A stretch of DNA of 64,000 nucleotides, from the IMG/VR virus record IMGVR_UViG_3300040815_001293; one strand, given 5' to 3'. Both the position numbers and the translations under genes were made by a program. This stretch comes from an uncultured virus (IMG/VR IMGVR_UViG_3300040815_001293) (taxonomy: Duplodnaviria > Heunggongvirae > Uroviricota > Caudoviricetes). Under the pieces are notes generated by a model that was not told where the DNA came from, searched no databases, and worked only from the letters and a program-made list of their open reading frames with translations. Positions 27,972 through 39,600 of this stretch are shown in pieces. Each line of letters starts with the position of its first letter. The first letter of the stretch is position 1.

Positions 27972-29219
27972 ATGTCTGATATTTTAGCAGAAGGTCGTTG
28001 GGACAATACTAAAGAAGCCCTTTTAGATGGTTTACAAGGTACTCGTCGCAAGACAATGTCTACTATCCTGGAAAACACTAAACGCCACTTAACAGAAGCG
28101 GCAACTAGTGGCGCAACAGCGGCAGGTGGAGTAGCACAATTAAACAAAGTAATTTTACCCGTAATTAGACGTGTAATGCCTACAGTTATCGCAAACGAAA
28201 TTGTTGGTGTACAGCCTATGCAAGGTCCAATTGCACAAATTCACACTTTAAGAGTTAAGTACAACTCTGCAAACACTATTAACTCGGCAAATGGTGCGGC
28301 TATCCAAGCAACAACAAATGACGGTACAAACTTAGGTGCTGGTGACGAAGCGTTAGGTCCAAAGGACATAGCGGCTGGTTATTCAGGTACTGAAAGTTCG
28401 GCAGGTGTTAAAGCGGCAGGTACAACAGCAAGTGGATACTTAGAAGGTGTTCCAGGTAATACTCTTTCTATTGAAATTCTACGTCAAACAGTAGAAGCTC
28501 AAACTAGAAGATTATCAGCTCGTTGGACTTTTGAAGCGGCACAAGATGCTCAATCACAACAAGGTATCGATGTAGAAGCAGAAATCATGGCGGCATTAGC
28601 CCAAGAGATTACTGCTGAGATCGACCAAGAAGTTCTTGCAAGTTTAAGAACTTTAGCGACAGCAGGTTCAACGGCTTTCGGTGCAAACACTGAAGCATAT
28701 GACCAAGCGGCAGTTAGTGGTACAGCGACATACGTGGGTGATGAACACGCGGCATTGGCTGTAGCAATTAACAGAGTTGCTAACAAAATCGCACAGAGAA
28801 CAAGACGTGGCGCAGGTAACTGGGCTGTTGTTTCTCCAACTGCATTAACAATGTTACAAAGTGCATCAACTTCAGCGTTCGCAAGAACAACTGAAGGTAC
28901 TTTTGAAGCACCAACAAATACTAAATTTGTAGGTACTTTAAACAGTGCAATGAAAATCTACGTTGACAGTTATGCGGCTGATTCAGAAGCAGTTCTTGTT
29001 GGTTACAAAGGTAGTTCAGAAGCGGACGCGGCGGCATTCTATTGTCCTTACGTTCCACTAATGAGTTCAGGTGTAGTACTTGATCCAGCAACATTAGAGC
29101 CACTAGTAGGCTTTATGACACGTTACGGTTACAGTGAACTTTCACAAACTAATAGTTCACTTGGAAACGCGGCGGATTACGTTGGTAGAGTAACTATTGC
29201 TAACCCAACATTTAGTTAA
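27972..29219 (+). CDS. gp23: Major capsid protein
   Basis: RRVMPTVIANEIVGVQPMQGP, EIMAALAQEITAEIDQE, FYCPYVPL and GFMTRYG motifs. Confidence 0.97.
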   Translation: MSDILAEGRWDNTKEALLDGLQGTRRKTMSTILENTKRHLTEAATSGATAAGGVAQLNKVILPVIRRVMPTVIANEIVGVQPMQGPIAQIHTLRVKYNSANTINSANGAAIQATTNDGTNLGAGDEALGPKDIAAGYSGTESSAGVKAAGTTASGYLEGVPGNTLSIEILRQTVEAQTRRLSARWTFEAAQDAQSQQGIDVEAEIMAALAQEITAEIDQEVLASLRTLATAGSTAFGANTEAYDQAAVSGTATYVGDEHAALAVAINRVANKIAQRTRRGAGNWAVVSPTALTMLQSASTSAFARTTEGTFEAPTNTKFVGTLNSAMKIYVDSYAADSEAVLVGYKGSSEADAAAFYCPYVPLMSSGVVLDPATLEPLVGFMTRYGYSELSQTNSSLGNAADYVGRVTIANPTFS

Positions 29220-29265
29220 TAGATATCCTTTTTGGATATTATTGTTAACTAACTGAAACAATATT

Positions 29266-29293
29266 AGAAAGGCCCTTCGGGGCCTTTCTTTTT
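29266..29293 (+). terminator. Rho-independent terminator after gp23
   Basis: AGAAAGGCCC-TTCG-GGGCCTTTCT followed by TTTT. Confidence 0.9.
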
Positions 29294-29311
29294 GACTAAA
29301 TATTTGTACAA

Positions 29312-29359
29312 CGTTCAGCCGATATAGGCCGGAAGTAAGCAACTATGCTGAAGGAACGC
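29312..29359 (+). ncRNA. Glutamine-I riboswitch aptamer (glnA RNA motif)
   Basis: CGTTC-A-GCC(GATATA)GGC-C-GGAAGTAA-GCA(ACTA)TGC-TGAAG-GAACG: P1 CGTTC/GAACG, two hairpins and the GGAAGUAA/UGAAG E-loop strands of the glnA motif. It lies 25 nt upstream of an ATG. Confidence 0.85.
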
Positions 29360-29384
29360 ACTTAACTGTAAAAAGGAGAGTGTA

Positions 29385-29576
29385 ATGAACAGACATGATC
29401 ATCTACTTAAATCATACCGTGAGCAAAAAATGAGAGAACGCAAGGAGAAAATCCTTATGAAAACTCGTAGTGAAGTAAACGTGTATGGAAATGGTACGAC
29501 TGGATATACTGTTACTACTGGAGAAAATTCTGGTAAAGTTTTAAAACATATATCTGTTAACCACGACAACAAGTAA
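29385..29576 (+). CDS. Small basic protein downstream of the glutamine riboswitch
   Basis: 63 aa, strong AAGGAG RBS, Arg/Lys-rich N-terminus. Confidence 0.75.
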   Translation: MNRHDHLLKSYREQKMRERKEKILMKTRSEVNVYGNGTTGYTVTTGENSGKVLKHISVNHDNK

Positions 29577-29596
29577 ACAATCTATAAGACATATAG

Positions 29597-29604
29597 TATA
29601 AATA
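29597..29604 (+). promoter_or_regulatory. T4-type late promoter TATAAATA
   Basis: Exact T4 gp55 consensus upstream of the ORF at 29680. Confidence 0.7.
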
Positions 29605-29679
29605 GTATTGCTTATCATAATGATAAGTTTATGGGGAGCCATCCTCGTATTACATAGAACGTAACATAGGAGAAATAAA

Positions 29680-30132
29680 ATGGGAAGACCAATAAACAAA
29701 AGATTTTTCGGCGTACCTACAGCAGGTGGCAACGAAATTAAAGTTAACTTTCATGACGGTTCATCCGTTGTTGAAGGATATATCGCAAAACAACTAGGCA
29801 GTAAAAAGTTTTCAGTTAAAGCAACTGGAACACCGGGCACTGCATACATTCGTACACTAAAAACTGGTATTTTACCAGCGGCATTAACTGGTACAGATAT
29901 GATTATTTCTGTAAAAGGTGATGATGGTGAAACTTATGGTGTGTCTAAAATTGCTGGCAGAAAAGTTACACTAGCACAACCAAGTGCTACTGGCTCTAAC
30001 GCTTTAGACGGCAAATCAGTTGCATGGAACTTTACAGTTTCAGGTTCTGATGGAGCAGTACAGTTTGAAGAAGCAGGTGACGACGATACTGCGGCAGGTA
30101 CAGACGATACAGACTTCACAGAAGACGCTTAA
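29680..30132 (+). CDS. Hypothetical virion protein
   Basis: 150 aa, AGGAG RBS, own late promoter and terminator. Confidence 0.7.
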   Translation: MGRPINKRFFGVPTAGGNEIKVNFHDGSSVVEGYIAKQLGSKKFSVKATGTPGTAYIRTLKTGILPAALTGTDMIISVKGDDGETYGVSKIAGRKVTLAQPSATGSNALDGKSVAWNFTVSGSDGAVQFEEAGDDDTAAGTDDTDFTEDA

Positions 30133-30150
30133 TCTTAGGCTAAATGTATT

Positions 30151-30176
30151 AAAGTTGCCCTTCGGGGCAACTTTTC
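30151..30176 (+). terminator. Rho-independent terminator
   Basis: AAAGTTGCCC-TTCG-GGGCAACTTT followed by T. Confidence 0.85.
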
Positions 30177-30222
30177 TTAATAGTTTATAAAGGCTAAATA
30201 CACTATATAAGGTTTAAATTGC

Positions 30223-31023
30223 ATGGCAAATACAGAAAAAAGAATTTTAGGTGATTACAAAATAACAACAGATGCCGGTAGTACTGGTAATGTTGAAATT
30301 GATACTCACACTTTAACAGTTGACGGTAATCTAGTTATTACAGGTACAAGCACAACTGTATCCTCGACTAATACATCAGTAGCAGATAACGTTATTGTTT
30401 TAAACAGTGGCGAAAGTGGAGCAGGAGTAACATCCGGAACTTCAGGTATTGAGATTGATAGAGGAACTTCAGATAACGCAACACTACATTTTGATGAAGC
30501 AAATGATGTTTTTGATTTTAAAATTGGATCAAGTTTTGCTAAAGTTAGAGGTGGAACACCAGTAGGCGGAGATGATTTAGCAACAAAAACATATGTTGAC
30601 AATCAAGTGTCAGGCGGTGGTGCAGTTGTTGATAAAATTAATGAAGGAAATTCTAAAGCAGAAGTGTTTGATGATGGTGTAGGTACTAGTAAGTTCTTTG
30701 TTAACATAGATGGAACAGATGTACTAGAAGCAACAGCAACCAACTTATCGTACGGAAATGTACAAATAAGTGGTAATACAGTAAGCAATATTGCTACTGA
30801 TGAGAATTTAATATTAAGCACAACAGGAACAGGCGAAATAGCACTAGAAGATGTTGCTAAAGTAACTGAACAAGGTTCAGATCCAACAGGGGTTTCAGGC
30901 TTTACAAAAGTATATGCTAAAGCACCAGCATCAGGTGGATCTGGTGTATTCGTAGCGAACATAAATACTACTGATGAATTAGTAACAAAATCAAAAGCAA
31001 TAGTTTTTGGATTAATATTTTAA
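30223..31023 (+). CDS. Tail-fibre-related structural protein
   Basis: LTVDGNLVITGTSTTV...DNVIVLN...SGIEIDRG and ATKTYVD fibre modules. Confidence 0.7.
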   Translation: MANTEKRILGDYKITTDAGSTGNVEIDTHTLTVDGNLVITGTSTTVSSTNTSVADNVIVLNSGESGAGVTSGTSGIEIDRGTSDNATLHFDEANDVFDFKIGSSFAKVRGGTPVGGDDLATKTYVDNQVSGGGAVVDKINEGNSKAEVFDDGVGTSKFFVNIDGTDVLEATATNLSYGNVQISGNTVSNIATDENLILSTTGTGEIALEDVAKVTEQGSDPTGVSGFTKVYAKAPASGGSGVFVANINTTDELVTKSKAIVFGLIF

Positions 31024-31032
31024 GGTAAAGAC

Positions 31033-31341
31033 ATGGCAATAGCACAAGGACAAATAGGAACAACATCAACTACGATTTATACAAGTACGAATAATACAGC
31101 CATTACTGTTATATTCTTTTGTAATACAACAGTTAGTGATGCAACATTGTCTGTTAATGTAGTACAAAGTGGCGGATCCGCTGGAGTAACAAATCAAATA
31201 ATTAAAGATTTGACAATACCAGCAGGTGACACATATATTATGAATGCTGAAAAAATGGTACTAGCGAATGCTGATACTATTCAAGCAGTATCAGGTACTG
31301 CTTCGGCAATTACGGCTTCAGTTAGTTACGTGAGTATTTAA
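31033..31341 (+). CDS. Small beta-rich virion structural protein
   Basis: 102 aa, Thr/Ser-rich, within the fibre cluster. Confidence 0.65.
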   Translation: MAIAQGQIGTTSTTIYTSTNNTAITVIFFCNTTVSDATLSVNVVQSGGSAGVTNQIIKDLTIPAGDTYIMNAEKMVLANADTIQAVSGTASAITASVSYVSI

Positions 31342-31343
31342 TT

Positions 31344-31772
31344 ATGGGTTTCCTATTAAAGAACGATAGTAAGAAATTTGCTAAAAAATCTAGCAAAGCA
31401 TCTTCTCCAGCAACTGGAGGAACTGCATCGAGACCTGCTTCACCTAATGCAGGTGATTTTCGTTTTAATTCAGACACTAATAAAGTTGAATATTATGATA
31501 GTTCTGCTTGGCAAAACTTATCACGTTCTGGTAATGCCGCAATTTCAAAAACAACAGTTGTAACCGGTGACGGAACTACAACTGCATTTACAAACTTTTT
31601 TACAACAGCACCAAGTGATGAAAATAATGTTCTTGTTGTTGTAGGTAACGTAATACAAGAACCAGATGCGGCTTATACTATAAGTGGCAGAGATATTACT
31701 TTTACAAGTCCACCACCAAACACACACAGAATCTATGCTATCGAAGGCTTAGATGCTACTGATATCGCATAA
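31344..31772 (+). CDS. Virion structural protein with fibre/baseplate repeat modules
   Basis: GTASRP...GDFRFNSD...EYYD...W and GDGTTTAF...VVVGNVIQEP..AYTISG...FTSPP modules. Confidence 0.7.
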   Translation: MGFLLKNDSKKFAKKSSKASSPATGGTASRPASPNAGDFRFNSDTNKVEYYDSSAWQNLSRSGNAAISKTTVVTGDGTTTAFTNFFTTAPSDENNVLVVVGNVIQEPDAAYTISGRDITFTSPPPNTHRIYAIEGLDATDIA

Positions 31773-31850
31773 CAACCTTTCTTTAACATTAGCATAAATA
31801 AGTTTATACCCAGGCACACCCGGGAATGAACAGTGGTGTAGGAGAATAAC

Positions 31851-34800
31851 ATGGCAATTGGAAGAATTTCCGGTGCTATGCTTAAGAGTAATCTTGAGCG
31901 ATTAGGCACGGATTTAGCAGTAGATACAGATTTATTATACCTTGACGTTACGAATAATCGTATAGGTATAAACACTGCCACACCAAGTCAAAGCCTACAA
32001 GTAGATAACGTCACAATTCATGCATCACAAATTAGAAGTACAAGTGGTCCTTTAGATTTAGGAGCACCTGCAGATCTCACTATATCTGGAGGAACAAATA
32101 ATTATGTTCTTGCTACAGACGGTGCAGGAACTTTATCCTGGAAAGATGTATCAACTGTTTCAGGTGGTATAACAGGTATAACAACAGAATTAGGATCTCC
32201 AACAGATGGCAGTCTAACAACAGACGGTGCTTATTTAGGTTGGCAAACAACTACAAAAATTACAGATGCTATAGATGATTTAAATGAAGTAACAGAAAAT
32301 ATTCGTAATAATACGTTTGTTCAAAGTGTTACTTTTACAGCAAGTGTAACAACCGGTGGTTCAGGATTTAGCACAACATTAAGTATATCAGCAGTTGGTA
32401 ATGCGAACCGATATGTAATTGATTGGGGAGACGGTACAAGTAACACAACAACTTCTAGTACTAGTCCAAGTCACACATATACTAACTACTCTGGTAGTCC
32501 ACATAGTATCACAGTTACAGCAAGTAATACAAGTGGTTCAGGTGCTGGTAGTAGTGCAAGTTTTACAAGAACAGATTACATTAATGTATACAGTCCAGAT
32601 CCAACTGTAGACTTTGCCTTTTATGCCGCATCTAGTGGCGGAAGTCCAATTACAAGTTGGGACGACGGAGCAACAGTATACTTTCAGAATAATAGTACCA
32701 ATACAAACATTGGTGGATCAACAGTTCAATGGACAATTAATTGGGGAGATGGAAGTAGTAACGAAATTATTTCAAGTGATTCTGCAACAGGCGGATCAAG
32801 TGGTGCAAGATTGGCTCATACTTTTCCAACAGCCACAGAATCAGAACAAAGTTTTACAACACAACTTACTTTAGATACAATGAGTACAGCCAACCCGGCA
32901 GTTATACCGGTTGGACCAGACAGTACTACAATAAAAATTTATGATGATCATACGCCTACGGTATCATTAGATGATAACAGCGGAATTAATGAAGAAGCAT
33001 CAAGCGGACATATTGTACAACTTACAAATAATTCAGAAGCAGGTATTGGAAGTTATTCAACATACGGAATACAATACCAATATCAATTTGGTGATGGAAC
33101 AAGTAACGTAACAGTAAATGCAGGATCAGGTTCTGCAGGTGATAGAAATGTTGCATTAAGTCACACATATGCTTTAAGTAGTAGTGACCAAGCAAATGGG
33201 ACTCCAAGAGATTATACAGGTAACGTTAGAGTTATAAGCAGTCATACTAGTAGTCCATTTATTAGTAGTACGTTTTCAGTACACGTTGAACCAGATGTGA
33301 GAGCAAACATTTCTGGAACTGCAATTACAGTCAGTGACAGAAGTGGAGATAATCAGTATGATGTTTATGATGGAACAGATTATAATGGAGTTAATCGTGC
33401 ATTAGTTCGTGTAACAAACACAACACAAAATGCAGATGATTATGTTTATAATTGGAATGATGGAAGTTCAAACGACGTAGTAACAGAAGATGGTTCAAGT
33501 CCAGGATCAATTGGTGGAACATTAGACCATGACTTTACAGGTGTCAGTACAGGTAATAAAAATTTAAGTTTTACTGCAAATGGAACACCGGATATAACAG
33601 CACAAACAGATACTGATACTAGTTTAACTTTTCAGGTAAATTCGATACCTAGTGCACCGGCAAATTTAAGTACTAAAAGTATAACACTTTCAGATAGTTA
33701 TGATGGTACAAGTCCTAAACTAGCGGCAAATTTTACAGACAATAGTGATTCAAACCCATTAACAGCAGGAGCAAGTTTAACCACTACTACTGCAAGAAGA
33801 TATACAAGTGGGACTATTGACACTAGTGTTGTAAATGATGCATATAACGGGCTCTCAGGCACCTTAACTGCTAAAATAAACGGTGCTGATAGAGGTAATA
33901 AAACATTTAGTACAGCATTAAATGAAAACGGAACATTTACTTCTTTAGTTGTAAGTAATCAAGCAGATGCACACGATACTATTAGTTCTAGTACATATCC
34001 AACAGGATTTTATCAAACGTTTGATGCTAAAATTACACAATCATTGTCAAATTATACTGTAGGTGTTAATGACCAACGTTTAGAACACAGTGCAACTGGA
34101 AATACAAATTATGTTGCAGTTGTGTATGACGATTTAACTAGTACTCCTATAACTAGTGTAGCAAGTGCTTCATTAACAGAAGCAACATCTGGAACTTATA
34201 GATATATTTCTGGAGTCCCTTATTATAATACAGGAAGTCCAACATTATCATTAGCAGGTGTAACAATAGAAAATTTAGTAGGACAAGCATATACAGATAC
34301 AAGTTCAGTTTTAACTATTGCAAGTGGCACAAATTCAGAAGGAACTTCTAGTAGTGTTATTTCGACACAGAATAAGAGTTACTCAGATATTGATGGTGCA
34401 AGTACAATGTTATCTGGCGGTATACCTATTGCTAATACTGGAGTAGGAACTCCATATGCAATAGGAACACAAACAGTTAGTTTAACAAGTAGTAGCATTG
34501 CCGCAGTTGAAACTATTAAATTAAGAGCAACTAATATGAACGGTACTGGAAGTTATGCTGAAGTAACAAGTCCAAAAATTGCAGTACATACAGCATCACC
34601 TTCTGGTGTAAATGAAGAAGATATTTCTGTATCAAACAGTTTAGGTGATGGCACATATACTGATAATGGAAAAAGAATTTTTGACTTTGCAAGTGCAACA
34701 ACTGATACACCATCATTTACTGGCTCAACAAACTTTTATACAAATAATTTATTTACTGGAAACAAAACAGTTGCAGGAACAAAAGAAGCAACAGTACGTT

Positions 34801-35273
34801 GGGGTGATTTAGAATATAATGTATCAGATTATAGTACAGGATTTTTACCTGCTGGACCAGACAGAAGTGGTGACACAGGAACACAATATTTTACTTTTGC
34901 ATTTAGAAGAAACATTGTTGCAAACTATGACATACAAATTACAAGTTCAACTGGAGTAGCAGGTGTATGGATTGCATTACCTGGAACAGGTATTGACAGT
35001 TCAAGTGGACTTAACGGTTGGTTAGATTGTACAACACAATATAGTGGAGTAGGATTGCCTGGTAGTAATACTGGAAATGGCGGCAACGGCTCTGATGGTT
35101 GTGCATACACTGGCGGCGATGTTATTCCAACTGGTAGTAGTTTAAGTGGTGGATATACAATGACACTTGGAACAGAAAATATGGCAAATGCAACTGGTTA
35201 TGTTTCACTAGTTAGAATAGCATTAACAAGTGGACAAAGTATATCTAGTTTAAGTATTGGAGTGGCAAGTTAA
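31851..35273 (+). CDS. Large Ser/Thr-rich virion protein with PKD-like domains
   Basis: Repeated IDWGDGT / INWGDGS / YQFGDGT / YNWNDGS...H.Y PKD motifs; N-terminal MAIGRISG. Confidence 0.75.
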   Translation: MAIGRISGAMLKSNLERLGTDLAVDTDLLYLDVTNNRIGINTATPSQSLQVDNVTIHASQIRSTSGPLDLGAPADLTISGGTNNYVLATDGAGTLSWKDVSTVSGGITGITTELGSPTDGSLTTDGAYLGWQTTTKITDAIDDLNEVTENIRNNTFVQSVTFTASVTTGGSGFSTTLSISAVGNANRYVIDWGDGTSNTTTSSTSPSHTYTNYSGSPHSITVTASNTSGSGAGSSASFTRTDYINVYSPDPTVDFAFYAASSGGSPITSWDDGATVYFQNNSTNTNIGGSTVQWTINWGDGSSNEIISSDSATGGSSGARLAHTFPTATESEQSFTTQLTLDTMSTANPAVIPVGPDSTTIKIYDDHTPTVSLDDNSGINEEASSGHIVQLTNNSEAGIGSYSTYGIQYQYQFGDGTSNVTVNAGSGSAGDRNVALSHTYALSSSDQANGTPRDYTGNVRVISSHTSSPFISSTFSVHVEPDVRANISGTAITVSDRSGDNQYDVYDGTDYNGVNRALVRVTNTTQNADDYVYNWNDGSSNDVVTEDGSSPGSIGGTLDHDFTGVSTGNKNLSFTANGTPDITAQTDTDTSLTFQVNSIPSAPANLSTKSITLSDSYDGTSPKLAANFTDNSDSNPLTAGASLTTTTARRYTSGTIDTSVVNDAYNGLSGTLTAKINGADRGNKTFSTALNENGTFTSLVVSNQADAHDTISSSTYPTGFYQTFDAKITQSLSNYTVGVNDQRLEHSATGNTNYVAVVYDDLTSTPITSVASASLTEATSGTYRYISGVPYYNTGSPTLSLAGVTIENLVGQAYTDTSSVLTIASGTNSEGTSSSVISTQNKSYSDIDGASTMLSGGIPIANTGVGTPYAIGTQTVSLTSSSIAAVETIKLRATNMNGTGSYAEVTSPKIAVHTASPSGVNEEDISVSNSLGDGTYTDNGKRIFDFASATTDTPSFTGSTNFYTNNLFTGNKTVAGTKEATVRWGDLEYNVSDYSTGFLPAGPDRSGDTGTQYFTFAFRRNIVANYDIQITSSTGVAGVWIALPGTGIDSSSGLNGWLDCTTQYSGVGLPGSNTGNGGNGSDGCAYTGGDVIPTGSSLSGGYTMTLGTENMANATGYVSLVRIALTSGQSISSLSIGVAS

Positions 35274-36541
35274 TGGCAATATCCGATAATCAAAAAATTG
35301 ACTACCTATTTAAAAAATTAGGTTATGGTGCAACTAAAACCGATACCAATGCTAACAAGTTAGCGGCTAATGAAGCCATACCATCACCATTATTAATTAG
35401 AGGTGACAGAGTATGGAGAGATTCATCTAGTATTCCGGCTGTAAGTCCGTCAAGTAGTACAGGCGTTGTTACAACATATAAAGGCGTAAACGTAATCGAA
35501 TGTACAGAAGATAATACGGCAACTGCAAACAGAACCTGGAAAACAGGATTAACAGGTTGGATACCACCACAGTTTGGAAGTACATATATTGTTAACGTTT
35601 ATATACATACATCAAGTGATGCCACTAATGCCGCTAATATTAGTAATAAAGTATTTGTTACAGGTAGTGGTAACAATGATGAATGGTTCTTTGATTATGA
35701 ATCAGGTGTACTAAACTTTATTGGTAGTAACTATCCTAACGGCGTAAACTTTAGCGGTAAAAGTGTTTATATCGAAGGTGCCAGATATACAGGTACTTAC
35801 GGTACAGGTGGTGGCACAGGAACATTAGGATTCTCAGGTAACATTATTTCTCCTAGTAGTTCTGGAGACGATTTAACATTAGATGTAGATGGTGCAGGCA
35901 CTGTAATAATTGATACAGATACTGCTCTTGTTGTTCCAGTTGGAACAAATGCACAACGTCCTGGAAGTCCAGTAAAAGGAATGATTCGCTTTAATGACGA
36001 CAGCGATAAAATAGAAGTTTATGATGGAACTGATTGGGTAGCAGTTGGAAGTAGTGCAGGAGCAATATCAACTCAAGCATTTACTGGAAATGGATCTGAT
36101 GTAAACTTTACACTAAACAGTTCGGCAGATAGTGCTACTGTAATGGTAACATTAAATGGTGTAGTACAAGAACCAACACAAGCATATAGTGTAAGTGGAA
36201 CAACTTTAACTTTTACACAAGCACCGGTTGCCAGTGATAGAATTGAAGTAAGAAAATTAGGACTTGTAACTACTATTAGATCCGTTGTAGATAGTGATAG
36301 TGATACGTCTATACAAGTTGAAGAAGGTGCCGATGATGACACAGTTAGAATAGACACAGCAGGTACAGAAGTTGTAAACATACAAGCAAGTAGAAGTGCA
36401 TTTAACAACGCAGTACAGTTAGCAAGTATGACTACAACACAACGTAATGCACTAACTCCAAGTAATGGTATGGTAATCTATAATACCACAACAAATAAAT
36501 TTCAAGGCTATGCAAATAGTGTTTGGGTAGACTTTCATTAA
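35273..36541 (+). CDS. Virion structural / tail-fibre-associated protein
   Basis: PVGTNAQRP...GMIRFN, FTGNGS...LNGVVQEP..AYSVSG modules; MTTTQRNAL...GMVIYNTT C-terminus. Confidence 0.7.
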   Translation: MAISDNQKIDYLFKKLGYGATKTDTNANKLAANEAIPSPLLIRGDRVWRDSSSIPAVSPSSSTGVVTTYKGVNVIECTEDNTATANRTWKTGLTGWIPPQFGSTYIVNVYIHTSSDATNAANISNKVFVTGSGNNDEWFFDYESGVLNFIGSNYPNGVNFSGKSVYIEGARYTGTYGTGGGTGTLGFSGNIISPSSSGDDLTLDVDGAGTVIIDTDTALVVPVGTNAQRPGSPVKGMIRFNDDSDKIEVYDGTDWVAVGSSAGAISTQAFTGNGSDVNFTLNSSADSATVMVTLNGVVQEPTQAYSVSGTTLTFTQAPVASDRIEVRKLGLVTTIRSVVDSDSDTSIQVEEGADDDTVRIDTAGTEVVNIQASRSAFNNAVQLASMTTTQRNALTPSNGMVIYNTTTNKFQGYANSVWVDFH

Positions 36542-36606
36542 GTACTACTATTATAAAAAATAATCCTCTAAAACCAATACTGAGCACTTAAAAAACAAGT
36601 GAATCC

Positions 36607-36614
36607 TATAAATA
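36607..36614 (+). promoter_or_regulatory. T4-type late promoter TATAAATA
   Basis: Exact consensus upstream of the long fibre gene. Confidence 0.7.
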
Positions 36615-36671
36615 CTATTGGTCCGACCAAACCAAAAAACGACATAACATATAAAGAGGAGTGATTCACTT

Positions 36672-39600
36672 ATGGCCGTAACTCGTATTAAAACCAATCA
36701 GATCACCGACTCAGCGGTAACAACGGCAAAAATTGCCAATGCTAACGTAACAGGCGGTAAATTGGAAGCAAATTTAACCTATGGCAGTAATCTGACTGTC
36801 TCAGGTAACTTAACAGTAAATGGTACAACCACTACTGTTGACACAACAAACACTACAGTGGCTGATCCATTCATGCTATTGGGTTCAGGCGGCGCTGGTA
36901 ACGTTGATGGTGGTATCATCATTAACCGTGGCTCTGCAGGAAACAATGCGGCAATGATTTGGGACGAATCTGAAGATCAATTCGCAATGATGTTAACAAC
37001 AGATGCAGGTACAACTGCAGGTAATGTTACAATCGCATCTTACGGAGATCTTAAATTCGGAACAGCACATGGTAACTTAACAGGTGACGTAACAGGTAAC
37101 GTAACAGGTAACATCGACGGTATCGTTGGTGCCAACACTGCGGCGGCTGGTTCTTTCACAACTATTGGTGCATCAAGCACTATTACAGCAAGTGGTGGAG
37201 TAACTGGTAACTTAACTGGTGACGTATCAGGTGATGTAACATCAACTGGAACATCAACATTCACAACAATTGACGTAAACGGCGGTGCTGTTGACGGTGC
37301 AATTATTGGTGCCAACAGTGCGGCGGCTATTACAGGTACAACTGTAACAGCAACTACTTTTGTAGGCCCTATTGATGGTGTTGTTGGTGGTAATACACCA
37401 GCGGCAGGTACGTTTACAAACTTAACTGCAAACGGAACTATCACAATGAGTAGTAATGCAATTACTAACGTTAGTGATCCGAGCAATGCTCAAGATGCCG
37501 CTACAAAGGCATACGTTGACAGCCAATTATCTGGCGCGGCAAACGTTGTTGAGCAATTAGACTCAAACGTTACTGTAACAGATACTGGTACTAACGGTAC
37601 AATTACATTTAACATTGACGGTGCTTCAGAAGGTACAATCAATAGTGATGGTTTATCGATTGGTAACATTAATGTTGACGGTAACACAATTAAAACTACT
37701 TCAGGTGACTTAACTATTGACCCTAATCCAGGTGGATCAGGCGGTACTGTTACTATCCAAGGTAGTTTAACTGTAACTGGTACAACTACTACAGTTGATT
37801 CAACTGTTGTAACTATTGCTGACCCAGTATTCCAAATTGGTGCTGATTCAGATGATAGTTTAGATAGAGGTATCAAATACTTACACAACGACGGTAGTTC
37901 AAAAAATGGTTACTTCGGTTTAGACGAAAGTGCTTCAGAATTCGTATTCATTCCTGATGCAACTGATACATCAAGTGTATTCAGTGGTTCATTAGGTAGT
38001 GCGGCATTCGGTAGTATGCGTGTAACTGATTTAACAAACACAAGAGTTGTATTTGCAGGTGCAAATGGCGAATTGTCAGATGCGTCTTCATTGACTTTCA
38101 ACAGTGGAACAGGTGCTTTAACGGCAACTAAATTCATTGGTGAGTTTGAAGCGGCGTCAGGTTCAACTACTACTATCGGAGCAGGTCAAACACTTGACGT
38201 AGACGGTGTTGTAGATATTGATGCAAGTTCAGGAAACATGGACGGCGTTATTATTGGTGCAACAACAACTGCGGCAGGATCGTTTACAACAATCAATGCT
38301 TCAGGTACAATTACAGGTGATCTAACTGGTGCAGTAACAGGTAACGTAACTGGTAACATTACTTCAACTGGAACATCAACGTTTACTACAGTAGATGTTA
38401 ATGGCGGTGCTATTGATGGTGCAATTATTGGTGCCAATTCAGCGGCGGCAATAACAGGTACTACTATTACAGCAACATCATTTGTTGGTCCTGTAACAGG
38501 TAACGTAACTGGTACAGTTGACGGCGTATTGGGTGGCAACACTCCAGCGGCGGCAACAGTAACTACATTGACAGCAAACAGTAACGGTACAATAGCAGGC
38601 ACATTGTCTGTTGGTGGTACAACGGCTGTAACAGGTGCAACATTAAATGTTGATGCAACTGACTCAATGAAGTTACCGGTAGGTACAACTGGACAGCGTC
38701 CTGGTTCTCCAGCACAAGGTATGTTTAGATTTAACAGTACAACTGGTCAAATCGAAGTATACACAGGTGTTGAATGGAACGCAGGTGCTGACTTTACTAC
38801 AATTACTGCTGATTCTTTCAACGGTGATGCTAGTACAACAGCATTTACACTATCAGTTAGTGGCACAACTGCAACAACTATTGTTTCTTTAAACGGTGTT
38901 GTACAGATACCAACAACTGCTTATGCGGTAAGTGGAACAACGTTAACATTTACAGAGGCTCCGGCAACTGGTGATGTTATTGATGCTCGTGTATTAACAA
39001 CTACATCAACAATCATTGCGATTGCTGACCAAGACGGTGATACACAAATCCAAGTTGAAGAAGGTTCAGATGATGATACTATCCGTTTTGATGCGGCTGG
39101 TACTGAAATGTTCACAATCAACTCAAGTGGTATAGCAGGTGCAAGTGGTGCCAGAATTACTGGAATCTTAGATGAAGATAACATGGCTTCTGACAGTGCA
39201 ACAGCATTGGCTACACAACAATCAATCAAAGCATATGTTGATGCAGAAACAGCCAACGTTGCTAGTGACACTTTAACGTTGACAAACAAGACGTTTGACG
39301 CTAACGGCACAGGTAACTCGATCTCAAACATCGACTTTGCTGATTTCACTTCAGGTGTAATATTAGACGAAGACAACATGGCTTCTAACTCAGCAACAGC
39401 ATTGGCTACACAACAATCAATCAAAGCGTATGTTGACGCACAAGTAGTGGCTACTATCGATTCTGCTCCGGCGGCACTCGATACACTAAATGAACTTGCG
39501 GCGGCTCTAGGTGACGATGCAAACTTTAGTACAACTGTTACAAACAGTATTGCTACTAAAATGCCATTGGCAGGTGGAACTTTCACAGGTGACGTTACAG

